Assembly: GCA_003599755.1 (NCBI GenBank)
Contig: QZJO01000009.1
Span: forward strand, 150,362-214,361
Origin: Candidatus Parcubacteria bacterium
GTDB taxonomy: Bacteria; Patescibacteriota; Minisyncoccia; Sungbacterales; SURF-37
DNA: 64,000 nt
Direction: 5' to 3'
A program made the position numbers and the translations under genes. The notes below the pieces were generated by a model. It saw nothing but the letters and a program-made list of their open reading frames with translations, did not search any database and was not told where the DNA came from. Below are positions 9,067 through 18,003 of the stretch, piece by piece; the stretch's first letter is position 1, and each line of letters begins with the position of its first letter.

Positions 9067-11018
9067 GATAGCCGCCAGACGCGCCAGGCATCCGGTGATT
9101 CCGCATCACTATAGACCGGCTCGGCACCGAGCCGCAACAGGCAATCCGGATCGCTCCGCATGGGCTCGACGCCCGGCCGCGCGACTACGTAGGCGATGCC
9201 GAGGCGGCGCAGACCATTGGGATCGCATGCGGACTGAAATGCCTCGTATGCGGCCAGCTCTTCCGCGTAGCCCCAGCCGACGATGAACGGGCCGGGCGCG
9301 AAGCGTCCAGTCTCGCGGATGAATTCCTCGCTGAACGGATAGAACCGGTCGGTATGCGCCGAGTTGCCCCGTACCCACGCATAAAGACGCGCCGCTTCGG
9401 GTACCGGCGCGTCGGGTATGCCGAGAAACGGCCGGGAAAAATCGCCGACGAATCCGAGCGGCGTCAACGTATAGATAACGAGAAACGCCAGCGCGGTTCC
9501 GCCCATGGCGAACGCCGCGACGCCGACCGCGGCCGTCCGCCAGGAAAACCGCCGCCACGCGCCGGATCGCTCAACGATTTCGGCGAGCAACATGCCGGCA
9601 AGAAACGAAAAGAGTTGGGTCGAAAACGCGAAGAACCGTTCCATTTCCCGCGGGCGGGTTTCGTAGCGAACCGCCAGCGGTACAAGAAACGCGATGGCCG
9701 GGATCATAGCTATGAACAGGGCCCTCGGATTACCGCGGAAGCGCCATGCCGCGAACGGAAACAGCGCGAGCGGCAGGCCGAACTCAAGAAAGAATGACGG
9801 ACGAAACGGCAACACGCCCTTGTCCGTAATTTCGGTATTCCAAAAATCCTCCACGAATGCGAATGCTTGCGGTTCCTCGGATTGTCCGAGCGTGGAGAGA
9901 ATCCCGCCCTGCCAAAACGCCATCGCGGTACCCACACCGAGTATGATTGCCGTGACGGCAATCGCGCGCCCCGGCGTCCCGGGTATCGCGCGCGCGAACC
10001 GAGTAGGCCAGATGCGGCCGAGCGGCCCGGCGGCGATCCCCGCGGCGACAAATGCCGCAAACAGTACGGCAACATGCGTCTCGAGCGCGAGCGCAGCGTA
10101 GCCGTACGCGATGCCTGCCACAAGCGCGAACGCGAACCAGCGCGTACCGGTCGCGAGCGCGCGCAGATAGGCGTAGAGAGCCACGAGCAGTACTGGCAAT
10201 CCGAGCGCCGTGGTGTGATTGGATGCCATCACGAAGCTCGAATCGAACCGCGGCGTTGTCATGGCCGCCAAAAACGCCCATGGCGCATCGCGCGCCTCGC
10301 CGAGTATGAATGTCTGCCAAAGGCCGACTATGCCGGGGACCACCGCGAGCCAAGCGAGTCCTCCGCCGATGCCGAAAAATACCGCGCCCCATACCGCCGC
10401 GTGCGTACCGAAGCCGAGCTCGCGCGCGAGCGCAAACGCCATGAGCAATCCGGCAAAAACGAAGAGGAACGTCTGCAGATCGTAACCGATCCACAGCGGC
10501 GTACCGGCTACGCGGGAAAATATCGCAGAGAGCATTTCGGGCGCGTAGTGGTACGCGACCGGATGATCGGGCGCGGACGGATCCGACACCGGCAGATTGC
10601 CTTCAGCGATCGTAGCTGCGAGCGGCAGATGGCCGAGCTTCACGTCTGAATCCTGCAACGTGCGGAGCGCGACAATACCGGCCAGCGCCGCGATGCCAAG
10701 CGCGATGCCGAACAGCACGAAGGCCTCGTGCCGCGAAATATCGCCGCGCTCAAGCGATGCCGCCTGCCGCGCGGCAAGCCATTGCCAGCCGAACGCGGCT
10801 GAAAGCGCCATGAGGCCGAGTATGAGCCAAACCGCGGCGTCGAACGGGAGGAAAAATCCCGCAGCGTTGACCGCCGCGCCGAGCGTTCCGAACCCGGCAA
10901 TGATCGCTATCGGCGCAACGGCCCAGACGCGCCGCTCGCCCAATATACCCACGGCAACAAGGCCGCCGAACGCGGCCGCGACCCCGAGCAGTCCGATAAA
11001 GAAAATAATGCTGAGCAT
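9057..11018 (-). CDS. Polytopic integral membrane protein with ~200-aa C-terminal soluble domain (possible glycan polymerase/GT-C-like; family unclear)
   Basis: At least 12 hydrophobic segments then a non-hydrophobic tail; architecture resembles the 40413-42131 protein. Confidence 0.45.
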   Translation of the reverse strand: MLSIIFFIGLLGVAAAFGGLVAVGILGERRVWAVAPIAIIAGFGTLGAAVNAAGFFLPFDAAVWLILGLMALSAAFGWQWLAARQAASLERGDISRHEAFVLFGIALGIAALAGIVALRTLQDSDVKLGHLPLAATIAEGNLPVSDPSAPDHPVAYHYAPEMLSAIFSRVAGTPLWIGYDLQTFLFVFAGLLMAFALARELGFGTHAAVWGAVFFGIGGGLAWLAVVPGIVGLWQTFILGEARDAPWAFLAAMTTPRFDSSFVMASNHTTALGLPVLLVALYAYLRALATGTRWFAFALVAGIAYGYAALALETHVAVLFAAFVAAGIAAGPLGRIWPTRFARAIPGTPGRAIAVTAIILGVGTAMAFWQGGILSTLGQSEEPQAFAFVEDFWNTEITDKGVLPFRPSFFLEFGLPLALFPFAAWRFRGNPRALFIAMIPAIAFLVPLAVRYETRPREMERFFAFSTQLFSFLAGMLLAEIVERSGAWRRFSWRTAAVGVAAFAMGGTALAFLVIYTLTPLGFVGDFSRPFLGIPDAPVPEAARLYAWVRGNSAHTDRFYPFSEEFIRETGRFAPGPFIVGWGYAEELAAYEAFQSACDPNGLRRLGIAYVVARPGVEPMRSDPDCLLRLGAEPVYSDAESPDAWRVWRLSWN

Positions 11019-11024
11019 ACGCTG

Positions 11025-12905
11025 CTATCGCCCCCTCCCGAGCCACCGCCGATGCCATAGCAAGAACACCATCAACGTCCAAAGCTGCTTGCGGTTGTCC
11101 CGCCGGCGGGCGCGATGGTCATCGAGCAGCCGCTGGACTTCAGCCGCGTCGAACAGGCCGACGGACGCAACCGAGCGAGGCGACAAAAGATCCGTCGCAA
11201 ATTCTCGAAGTTCGCCGTTCAGCCAGCGCGTCAACGGGATGCCGAAACCCTTTTTCGGCCGATCCGCGATGCCTGCCGGCAGTCGGGACCGCATGAGCGC
11301 CTTCAAAATGTATTTGGTCGTAAGGCCCCGGCATTTCCAATGGTACGGCAGCCGGTGCGCAAACTCCACGACGCGGTAATCGAGAAACGGCGCGCGCACT
11401 TCAAGGGCTGAACGCATGCTCGCGCGATCCACTTTCACGAGCACGCCATCCATCAGATACGCGCGCAGATATTCATACAGCACTCGCTGCATCGGGTCGG
11501 CATGCGCAAGCTCGGCGCGCCAGCGGTCCACGTCGTCGAATTCGTTTTCGGCCGCGAGCGCGCGCCACGCATCCGGCCGGAACAGGCGCGCGCGCTCGTC
11601 GCGATCGAACGCGGCAAGCCACCGCGCGTGACGATAGCGTTCCGGTCCGCGAAGCCCGCGCAGAAATCGCGTCGCCTTGAATCCGAAGCTGAAATTGGTG
11701 TCGCGCACCGGCAGGCGCGACACCCAGGACTCGGCTAATCCGCGCACCGCAGCGGGCAGCCGGCGTACGAACGCCGCGAGTCGTTCCGCGGGGAACGTCG
11801 GATAGCCGGCGAAAAGTTCGTCGCTGCCGTCGCCGCCGAGCGCGACGGTCACGCGGCGGCGGGCAAACTTCGCGAGCAAAGCGCTGGGCAACAGCGACGC
11901 GTCGGCCAACGGCTCATCGGCAAGATCGGCAATTTCCGGCACAAGCTTCAGTACGTCGCCGGCAACGAACGCCGTCTCATGGTGCGTGGTTCCGAGATAT
12001 TCGGCTACGCGCCGCGCATACGGCGCCTCGTCAAAACTCTCCTCGTGGAAGGAGATCGAAAACGTCTCGACCGGCGTACGACTCGCCTGGACCGCGTAGT
12101 AGGCCACGGTCGAGCTGTCCAGGCCTCCGGAGAGCAGCACGCCGACCGGCACGTCGGCCGCGAGGCGCGGAGTCACGCTTGCCGCGAGCAAACGATCGAG
12201 CTCGACCGTCGCATGCGCGAGGCCGATCGGCTCGGCCGGCGCATCCGGAAGGCGCCAATACGCGCCGGTGCGCTTCACGCCGTCCTTCCAGACCAGATAT
12301 GATGCCGGCGACAACTTTTGGATATGCTTGAAGATCGTCCGCGGGGCGGGAACGTATTCGTATGCGAGATACTTGTTGAGCGCGACCAGATCCAATTCGC
12401 GCGTCACCGCCGGATGCGCTACGAGCGCTTTCAATTCGGAACCGAATACCAGCGTATTGCCGAACGCGCCCCAGAAAAGCGGCTTTTTGCCGAAGCGATC
12501 GCGCGCGAGCGTAAGTTCGCCGGTCTTGGTGTCGAAGAGCGCGAGTGCGAACATGCCATTCAGCCGGGCGAATGCGCCGGTGCCGAATTCGTCCCAGAGC
12601 GCCAGAATGACCTCGGTGTCTGATTCCGAACGGAATGTTCGCCCGCGCGCGGCAAGTTCGGCGCGCAGTTCCCGGAAATTATAGATTTCGCCGTTAAACG
12701 TGATCCAAACCGTCCGGTCGGCGTTCGGCATGGGTTGGTGTCCGGCCGGGCTCAGGTCGAAAATCGCGAGGCGCGCGTGCGCAAGCCCCGCGCCCTCTCC
12801 CGTCCAAATACCGCCGCCGTCCGGTCCGCGGTACCGAATGGCGCCGATCATTTGTTCCAGATCATCCCGCCCGCCCGCACCGACGAATCCCGCGATGCCG
12901 CACAT
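11025..12905 (-). CDS. Asparagine synthetase (glutamine-hydrolysing) family amidotransferase, AsnB/WbpS/PseA-like
   Basis: Start at MCGIAGF (N-terminal nucleophile Cys2), RGPDGGG, SGGLDSS PP-loop motif; the upstream in-frame 56-codon extension is judged non-coding. Confidence 0.8.
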   Translation of the reverse strand: MCGIAGFVGAGGRDDLEQMIGAIRYRGPDGGGIWTGEGAGLAHARLAIFDLSPAGHQPMPNADRTVWITFNGEIYNFRELRAELAARGRTFRSESDTEVILALWDEFGTGAFARLNGMFALALFDTKTGELTLARDRFGKKPLFWGAFGNTLVFGSELKALVAHPAVTRELDLVALNKYLAYEYVPAPRTIFKHIQKLSPASYLVWKDGVKRTGAYWRLPDAPAEPIGLAHATVELDRLLAASVTPRLAADVPVGVLLSGGLDSSTVAYYAVQASRTPVETFSISFHEESFDEAPYARRVAEYLGTTHHETAFVAGDVLKLVPEIADLADEPLADASLLPSALLAKFARRRVTVALGGDGSDELFAGYPTFPAERLAAFVRRLPAAVRGLAESWVSRLPVRDTNFSFGFKATRFLRGLRGPERYRHARWLAAFDRDERARLFRPDAWRALAAENEFDDVDRWRAELAHADPMQRVLYEYLRAYLMDGVLVKVDRASMRSALEVRAPFLDYRVVEFAHRLPYHWKCRGLTTKYILKALMRSRLPAGIADRPKKGFGIPLTRWLNGELREFATDLLSPRSVASVGLFDAAEVQRLLDDHRARRRDNRKQLWTLMVFLLWHRRWLGRGR

Positions 12906-12909
12906 GGCA

Positions 12910-13875
12910 TTAGGGCGCGCTTCGCTCGTGCACGCTCTCGACGACATAAAACGGCTTCTGAGTCGCGGCGTATTGCGTGCGGATGAGCATCTCGGCGAAC
13001 AATCCCATAAGAATGAACTGCACGCCGATGATGGCGAACAGGACCGCGACCGCCGGCAGCGGCGTGGCCACAAACGATTTTCCCTCGCCGTACTTCAGCC
13101 AGACCATAACGGCGAAGGTCAAAGCGCTTGCCGCCAAACTCCAGAAGCCAAACCAGCCGAAGAAATGCATCGGCCGCGAACGGAATCTCCGAAAAAAATA
13201 ATGCGCGAACACGTCGAGTACGACCTTGAAGGTCCGGGAAAAGCCGTATTTGGACGTACCGAACTGCCGCGGCGAAAATCGAATCGGCACCTCGGCGATG
13301 CGCCCGCCGGCATGCACGGCCATCATGCGGTGCATGTCGCCAATGAACGCGAGCGATACGATCCGATCGCGGCGGTAGACCTTCAGCGGACAGCCGTGAT
13401 CATGCAGCCGAACGCCGCTGACCCATGAAATAAGCGTATTGGCGAGCATCGAGGGAATGCGCCGCGTGAACAGATGATCCCGCCAGCGATCGCGGCGCCA
13501 GCCCGATACCACGTCGTATCCTTCGGCAAACTTTTCCAGAAGCGATGGAATATCATCCGGATCGTTCTCCAGATCGCCGTCAAGCGTCACGATAATGCGA
13601 CCGCGCGAAGCATGGATGCCGGCCGCGAGCGCGGCGGTCTGGCCATAGTTCTCGCGCAAGCGAATGAAATGGAGCGGCGCGCATCGTTCGGCCGCGGCGG
13701 CCGTTCCATCGGTCGAGCCGTCGTCGACGAAAATAAGCTCCCAGGTCATCGGCATGCGCCCGAGCGCTTTGCACAGGCGCGCATGCAGCCGCGGCAGCGA
13801 TTCTTCTTCATTGAAAAACGGTACCACGACCGAAAGGTCGAGTCGCGCGATTGCATTGGCATCGGAATTCGGCAT
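12910..13875 (-). CDS. Glycosyltransferase family 2, Dpm1/ArnC/GtrB-like polyprenyl-phosphate glycosyltransferase with two C-terminal TM helices
   Basis: LSVVVPFFNEE, FVDDGSTDGT, VTLDGDLENDP motifs; hydrophobic C-terminus. Confidence 0.8.
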   Translation of the reverse strand: MPNSDANAIARLDLSVVVPFFNEEESLPRLHARLCKALGRMPMTWELIFVDDGSTDGTAAAAERCAPLHFIRLRENYGQTAALAAGIHASRGRIIVTLDGDLENDPDDIPSLLEKFAEGYDVVSGWRRDRWRDHLFTRRIPSMLANTLISWVSGVRLHDHGCPLKVYRRDRIVSLAFIGDMHRMMAVHAGGRIAEVPIRFSPRQFGTSKYGFSRTFKVVLDVFAHYFFRRFRSRPMHFFGWFGFWSLAASALTFAVMVWLKYGEGKSFVATPLPAVAVLFAIIGVQFILMGLFAEMLIRTQYAATQKPFYVVESVHERSAP

Positions 13876-13880
13876 GGAGC

Positions 13881-14942
13881 TTAGTGCACGTGGGACTCCA
13901 GAATTTGCTCGTCGGCTTCGATCATGACGCGGGCGGTCTTTCCGACGATTCGGTCGGCCATCGCCGGCGCCAATCCGCCTTTGCCCGGCCGTTTGAACGC
14001 GATCATATCCCGCGTAATAGCCATACCCGCCGCGATATCCCTGCGCGCCACGATAGCCTGGCTCGCCCAGTTGCGGCCGGTCTCGAGTCGCCGCAGCCGC
14101 TCTGCATCCGGCACCGGCCGCAAAGCCGCTTCCACATCGCGGATCTGGCGCACCATGAGCTTGAACTCCGCGGGCAAAAGCGCCCCCGGGTTATCGAGCG
14201 AACGCGGATCGTCCTTATCAAAGGTAAGGTGTTTTTCGACGACGCATGCGCCGAGCGCCACGGCAGCAAGGACAACCTGCCAGCCCACCGAATGATCCGA
14301 GATGCCGACCGGCAGGCCCGTCAATTCGCCGATGCGCCGCATCCGCGTAAGGTCGATTGCATCGTACGGCGTGGGATACAGCGTCGTACAATGCAGCGCG
14401 ATCATCGGCCCCGCGCCCGCCTGGCTGAGTGTGTCGATCGCGCGCACGACCTCGTCATCCGACTGTAAGCCGAACGATATCATGATGGGCTTTTTCGCCG
14501 CGCCGACCCGCTTGAGAAAATCTATGTTGCCCGCCTCCCCGGACCCGATCTTCAGAAACGGCGGATCGAATTCGCGGAGCAAAAGATCCAAACTCTCTTC
14601 CTCATGCGCCGTTGCGAAAAACGGGTAGCCCGCCGTGCGCGCGTAACGCGCGAGATCGGCGAGCGCCTCGAGTGATAGTTCCTTGTATTTCACGCGTTCG
14701 AACCAATCGAAGCCAAGCTCCGGCGCAAGGCGCTTGGCGACTTTCCTGCTGATTAATGCCTCGGTGTTCGTCACCTGAAACTTCACGATATCCGCACGCG
14801 CGGCCGCTGCGGCATCTACCTGGCGTTTGGCGAGTTCCAGATCTCCATAATTGGTAACGCCGCCTTCGCAAATAACGAAAACGGGTTGGCCGGGGCTGAT
14901 AATCCGACTGCCGGCGCGAAATGGCGGCTGGGATTGATTCAT
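13881..14942 (-). CDS. N-acetylneuraminate synthase family (NeuB/LegI/PseI-like) with C-terminal SAF domain, copy 2
   Basis: VFVICEGGVTNYGD motif, SAF-like C-terminus (IVARRDIAAGMAI...); start chosen at the ATG giving ATGA overlap with the upstream gene (alternative ATG at 14963). Confidence 0.8.
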   Translation of the reverse strand: MNQSQPPFRAGSRIISPGQPVFVICEGGVTNYGDLELAKRQVDAAAAARADIVKFQVTNTEALISRKVAKRLAPELGFDWFERVKYKELSLEALADLARYARTAGYPFFATAHEEESLDLLLREFDPPFLKIGSGEAGNIDFLKRVGAAKKPIMISFGLQSDDEVVRAIDTLSQAGAGPMIALHCTTLYPTPYDAIDLTRMRRIGELTGLPVGISDHSVGWQVVLAAVALGACVVEKHLTFDKDDPRSLDNPGALLPAEFKLMVRQIRDVEAALRPVPDAERLRRLETGRNWASQAIVARRDIAAGMAITRDMIAFKRPGKGGLAPAMADRIVGKTARVMIEADEQILESHVH

Positions 14943-15901
14943 AGCGGATGTCGGCGGCACCATTGCACGGTAAGCTCGGCGATATGAAGCATCGATTTTT
15001 CCGTGGCTTCTCTCGTAGCGCCGCCCAGATGCGGGACGATAATCATATTCTCATGAGTCCGGGCATAGTCAACCAGCGGATGCGTTTTGACGTGCGCGCC
15101 ATCGGGCGTCTCGCCGGCCAGCGTATCCACTGCCGCACCGGCAATGCGCTTGGCCTTGAGTGCAGCCAAGAGCGCGGATTCGTCCGCGATCTCGCCCCGC
15201 GCGGTATTGATGAACACTGCCGTCGGTTTCATCAGGCGGAAATGCCGGGCACCGAGCATACCGGCAGTTCTATCGCTGTACACGCAATGCACCGAAACGA
15301 CATCGGCGGCGCGCAACAGCGCGTTAAGCCCAGCGCGGCGCGCGCCGCCGCGAGCCATTGCGCTTGCCGAAACATACGGATCATAGGCGATCACGCGCAT
15401 GCCGAACGCGCGCGCATAGCGCGCGACATACGAACCGAGCCGCCCGAAGCCGATGACGCCGAAGGTCTTGCCGGCGAGCTCATGGCCACCGTACCGGCGC
15501 CGTTCCCAGCGCCCCGCCTCCAGCGAGCGCATGGCCCAGGGAATATTGCGCACGAGCGCGAGTACGAGCGCGAACGTCTCTTCGGCCGTGGACGGAATTT
15601 GGCGCAATACCGGGGAGTCGCCTTTGATATGCACGACAGCGATCCCCCGCCGCGCGGTTTCAGCGCGGTCGATGTGCCGCAGCTGTGTGGTGCGCGAGGC
15701 GACAAGCTCGAGGCGCGGCGCGCGATCCAGCACGGCTTTGGTGAAATTCACCTCCAGCCCTGCGACCACGACATGCGCGCGCGGCAAATTTTTAAAAAAC
15801 ACCGAGCGGCTGCCGAACGGAATAACGCGGCCGACGCGCGCCAGCATACGCATTGCCTGCGGGCTGAATTCCCGTTCTGCGATAAGGATAACGCGCTTCA
15901 T
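14939..15901 (-). CDS. D-isomer-specific 2-hydroxyacid dehydrogenase (NAD-binding; glycerate/phosphoglycerate dehydrogenase-like)
   Basis: GVIGFGRLGSYVARYARAFGMRV Rossmann motif; FINTARGEIADESAL; catalytic H in VPHLGG. Confidence 0.75.
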   Translation of the reverse strand: MKRVILIAEREFSPQAMRMLARVGRVIPFGSRSVFFKNLPRAHVVVAGLEVNFTKAVLDRAPRLELVASRTTQLRHIDRAETARRGIAVVHIKGDSPVLRQIPSTAEETFALVLALVRNIPWAMRSLEAGRWERRRYGGHELAGKTFGVIGFGRLGSYVARYARAFGMRVIAYDPYVSASAMARGGARRAGLNALLRAADVVSVHCVYSDRTAGMLGARHFRLMKPTAVFINTARGEIADESALLAALKAKRIAGAAVDTLAGETPDGAHVKTHPLVDYARTHENMIIVPHLGGATREATEKSMLHIAELTVQWCRRHPL

Positions 15902-16629
15902 ACGAGCCCTGCCCGAATTATGCATTCGGCGAGCGCCAAGTCGTTCGGCGTATTAATATCGAACGCGCCGAGCTCATCGATACCGAGACCGACGCGCCGA
16001 CCGACTTCAAGGCCGTGTTCTCGGAAAAATGCGTCGCGCCTGAACCAGTAGCAGTTGCCGAACGCATAGCGCCTGGGGTCCGATTGGCGCGTCGGATGGG
16101 CATAATGCATTTCGGGCTGATCGAATTCCAAAAATCCCTTATCAGTCATGCGGCGCACATGATAGGGATGGAAAATGCGCGGCACCTCGATACAGGTAAT
16201 GCCCGAATCGGCGCCCTTGGTCGTTACGAGTTCGAATAGCCGATCGATATGGTCCGACCGGATGAACGGTTCCGTGGGCTGAGCGAGCAACACGTATTCG
16301 GGTGCGTAGTGCTCATGCTCTTCAAGCCACCGGAGCGCATGATCCACGACGGGAATCATCGGCGTAGAATCCTCGGCCAATGCGGCAGGACGCACATACG
16401 GCGTCTCGGCGCCGTATTGGCGCGCAATCGCGGCGATCTCCTCGTTATCGGTATCGACGATCACCCGCCGTACTGAGTGCGCATGGTGTATTGCCGCCAA
16501 AACATACGCAAGCAACGGTTTACCGGCGAGGGGATGAATATTCTTTTTCGGAATCATTTTCGATCCCCCGCGTGCGGGAATGATCGCCAACGTTTCCTGC
16601 GGCTCGTCTCTGGTCACAGTCATGGTCAT
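15898..16629 (-). CDS. Acylneuraminate cytidylyltransferase family (CMP-nonulosonate synthetase), copy 2
   Basis: IIPARGGSKMIPKKNI motif; 243 aa. Confidence 0.8.
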   Translation of the reverse strand: MTMTVTRDEPQETLAIIPARGGSKMIPKKNIHPLAGKPLLAYVLAAIHHAHSVRRVIVDTDNEEIAAIARQYGAETPYVRPAALAEDSTPMIPVVDHALRWLEEHEHYAPEYVLLAQPTEPFIRSDHIDRLFELVTTKGADSGITCIEVPRIFHPYHVRRMTDKGFLEFDQPEMHYAHPTRQSDPRRYAFGNCYWFRRDAFFREHGLEVGRRVGLGIDELGAFDINTPNDLALAECIIRAGLV

Positions 16630-16640
16630 ACCGGAATCCT

Positions 16641-16689
16641 AAAGAAAACGGGGGTCGTCGTGAAGCGCTCTGCTCCCTCGACGACCCCC
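16641..16689 (-). terminator. Candidate intrinsic terminator after SQD1-like gene
   Basis: 11-bp perfect stem GGGGGTCGTCG/CGACGACCCCC (16650-16689) followed on the minus strand by GUUUUCUUU. Confidence 0.5.
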
Positions 16690-16695
16690 TCGAAC

Positions 16696-17883
16696 CTATA
16701 GCGATCGCGTCTGGCGCCACTGCACCGTCGGCATGATCGCCTCGCGGTTGATGGCTTCCTTGGCTTCGCTCACCCGCCGCAGGAGCGACTGCACCAGTTC
16801 ATCCGACAACGCGGTCGGCGTGAGCCCGAGACGCAGGAGGTGGTCGTTGCGCGGGTTGTAGTAGTGGTCTTCTGCTTCGACCCGCGGGTTCTCGATCCGG
16901 CGGATCGTCGCATCCCATCCGAGTATGCGAGCCGCGTCGCAGACGGCCTTGGCAAGCTCGAATACGGAAAAGACCTCGGTGAACTGATTGAACACCCGGA
17001 ATTCGCCTGCCGCGGGAGGGTTCATGGAGGCGAGCTCAACGCACTGAATGGTGTCGCGGATGTTGAGGAACCCGCGCTTCTGATTCCCTCCTCCGTACAC
17101 GGTGATCGGATGGCCGGTCGCCGCCTGCACGACGAAGCGGTTCAGCGCCGTTCCGAACACGTGATCGTAGTGGAAACTCGTCACGAGCCGCTCGTTCATG
17201 TCCGTCTCGGGAGTAGAGATGCCGTAGACGACTCCCTGGTTCAGATCGGTCGCCCGCAACTTCCAGATCCGGCAGGCGAAGGAAATGTTCCCCGAGTCGT
17301 GAACTTTGGACCAGTGGTACCAGGATCCTGCCTGCTTCGGAAACGGAAGGGTGTCCTTCCGCCCCCGATGTTCGATCTCGATGAAGCCCTCCTCGATGTC
17401 GATGTTCGGGGTTCCGTACTCACCCATGGTCCCGAGCTTCACGAGGTGCGCGTGCGGCACCACCTCCTGCATGGCGTACAGCACATTCAGGGTTCCGATG
17501 ACGTTGTTCCGCTGCGTGAACGTCGCGCGGCGATGATCGATCATCGAGTACGGCGCCGACGGCTGTTCGGCGTAGTGGATGATCGTCTCGGGCCGGAACT
17601 CCTGAAAGACGTCCTTCAGAAACTCGAAATCGCCCGCGATGTCGCCCAGAGAGCTTCGGATCCGGAGACCCGAGCACTCGCGCCAGGCGGCGAGTCGCTG
17701 CCGCAACGATGGAATCGGGAACAGCGGCATGGCGCCGACTTCCTCCTCCCACCGCCGCTTGGCCATGTTGTCTACGATCGCGACGTCATGCCCCTTGGCC
17801 GAGAAGTGCAGCGCCGTGGGCCAGCCAAGATACCCATCGCCGCCAAGAACCAGGATCCGGAGTGGGCGGAAGTCGATCCGCAT
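16696..17883 (-). CDS. UDP-sulfoquinovose synthase (SQD1/SqdB)-like extended SDR
   Basis: Diagnostic N-terminus RILVLGGDGYLGWPTALHFSAKGHDVAIVDNMAKRRWEEEVG matches the SQD1 signature (GGDGYCGWATAL...IVDNLVRR); strong SD AAGGAGG 4 nt before the ATG. Confidence 0.7.
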   Translation of the reverse strand: MRIDFRPLRILVLGGDGYLGWPTALHFSAKGHDVAIVDNMAKRRWEEEVGAMPLFPIPSLRQRLAAWRECSGLRIRSSLGDIAGDFEFLKDVFQEFRPETIIHYAEQPSAPYSMIDHRRATFTQRNNVIGTLNVLYAMQEVVPHAHLVKLGTMGEYGTPNIDIEEGFIEIEHRGRKDTLPFPKQAGSWYHWSKVHDSGNISFACRIWKLRATDLNQGVVYGISTPETDMNERLVTSFHYDHVFGTALNRFVVQAATGHPITVYGGGNQKRGFLNIRDTIQCVELASMNPPAAGEFRVFNQFTEVFSVFELAKAVCDAARILGWDATIRRIENPRVEAEDHYYNPRNDHLLRLGLTPTALSDELVQSLLRRVSEAKEAINREAIMPTVQWRQTRSL

Positions 17884-17963
17884 GCTGCCCTCCTTATGGG
17901 GACAAAGTATTGAGGAACTGCTATTCCTCTTATAGCGCTAAGTCCGGTAATTGTCACCATTGA

Positions 17964-18000
17964 CGCAAAAAATATGCTGCCTGGTTCACAGACAGCATAT
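17964..18000 (-). terminator. Intrinsic terminator after NeuC-like gene
   Basis: Stem ATATGCTG/CAGCATAT (17972-18000) followed on the minus strand by UUUUUUGCG (A-run 17965-17971 on the plus strand); starts 3 nt after the stop. Confidence 0.6.
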
Positions 18001-18003
18001 CCA

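Noticed and set aside
9867-11379. Two ~260-aa plus-strand ORFs opposite the membrane-protein and AsnB-like genes
   Set aside because: Antisense shadows in high-GC coding sequence; no motifs.
12906-13073. 56-codon N-terminal extension of the AsnB-like ORF (MWPRRCRRSR...)
   Set aside because: Asparagine-synthetase-family enzymes require Cys as residue 2 after Met removal; the extension is R/S/C-rich and overlaps the upstream GT2 gene, so the MCGIAG start at 12905 is preferred.
14948-16051. 367-aa plus-strand ORF antisense to the 2-hydroxyacid dehydrogenase and NeuA-like genes
   Set aside because: Same shadow-ORF character (R/A/G-rich, no motifs); overlaps two well-supported minus-strand genes.
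16840-17913. 357-aa plus-strand ORF antisense to the SQD1-like gene
   Set aside because: Shadow ORF; the minus-strand protein has a diagnostic SQD1 signature.
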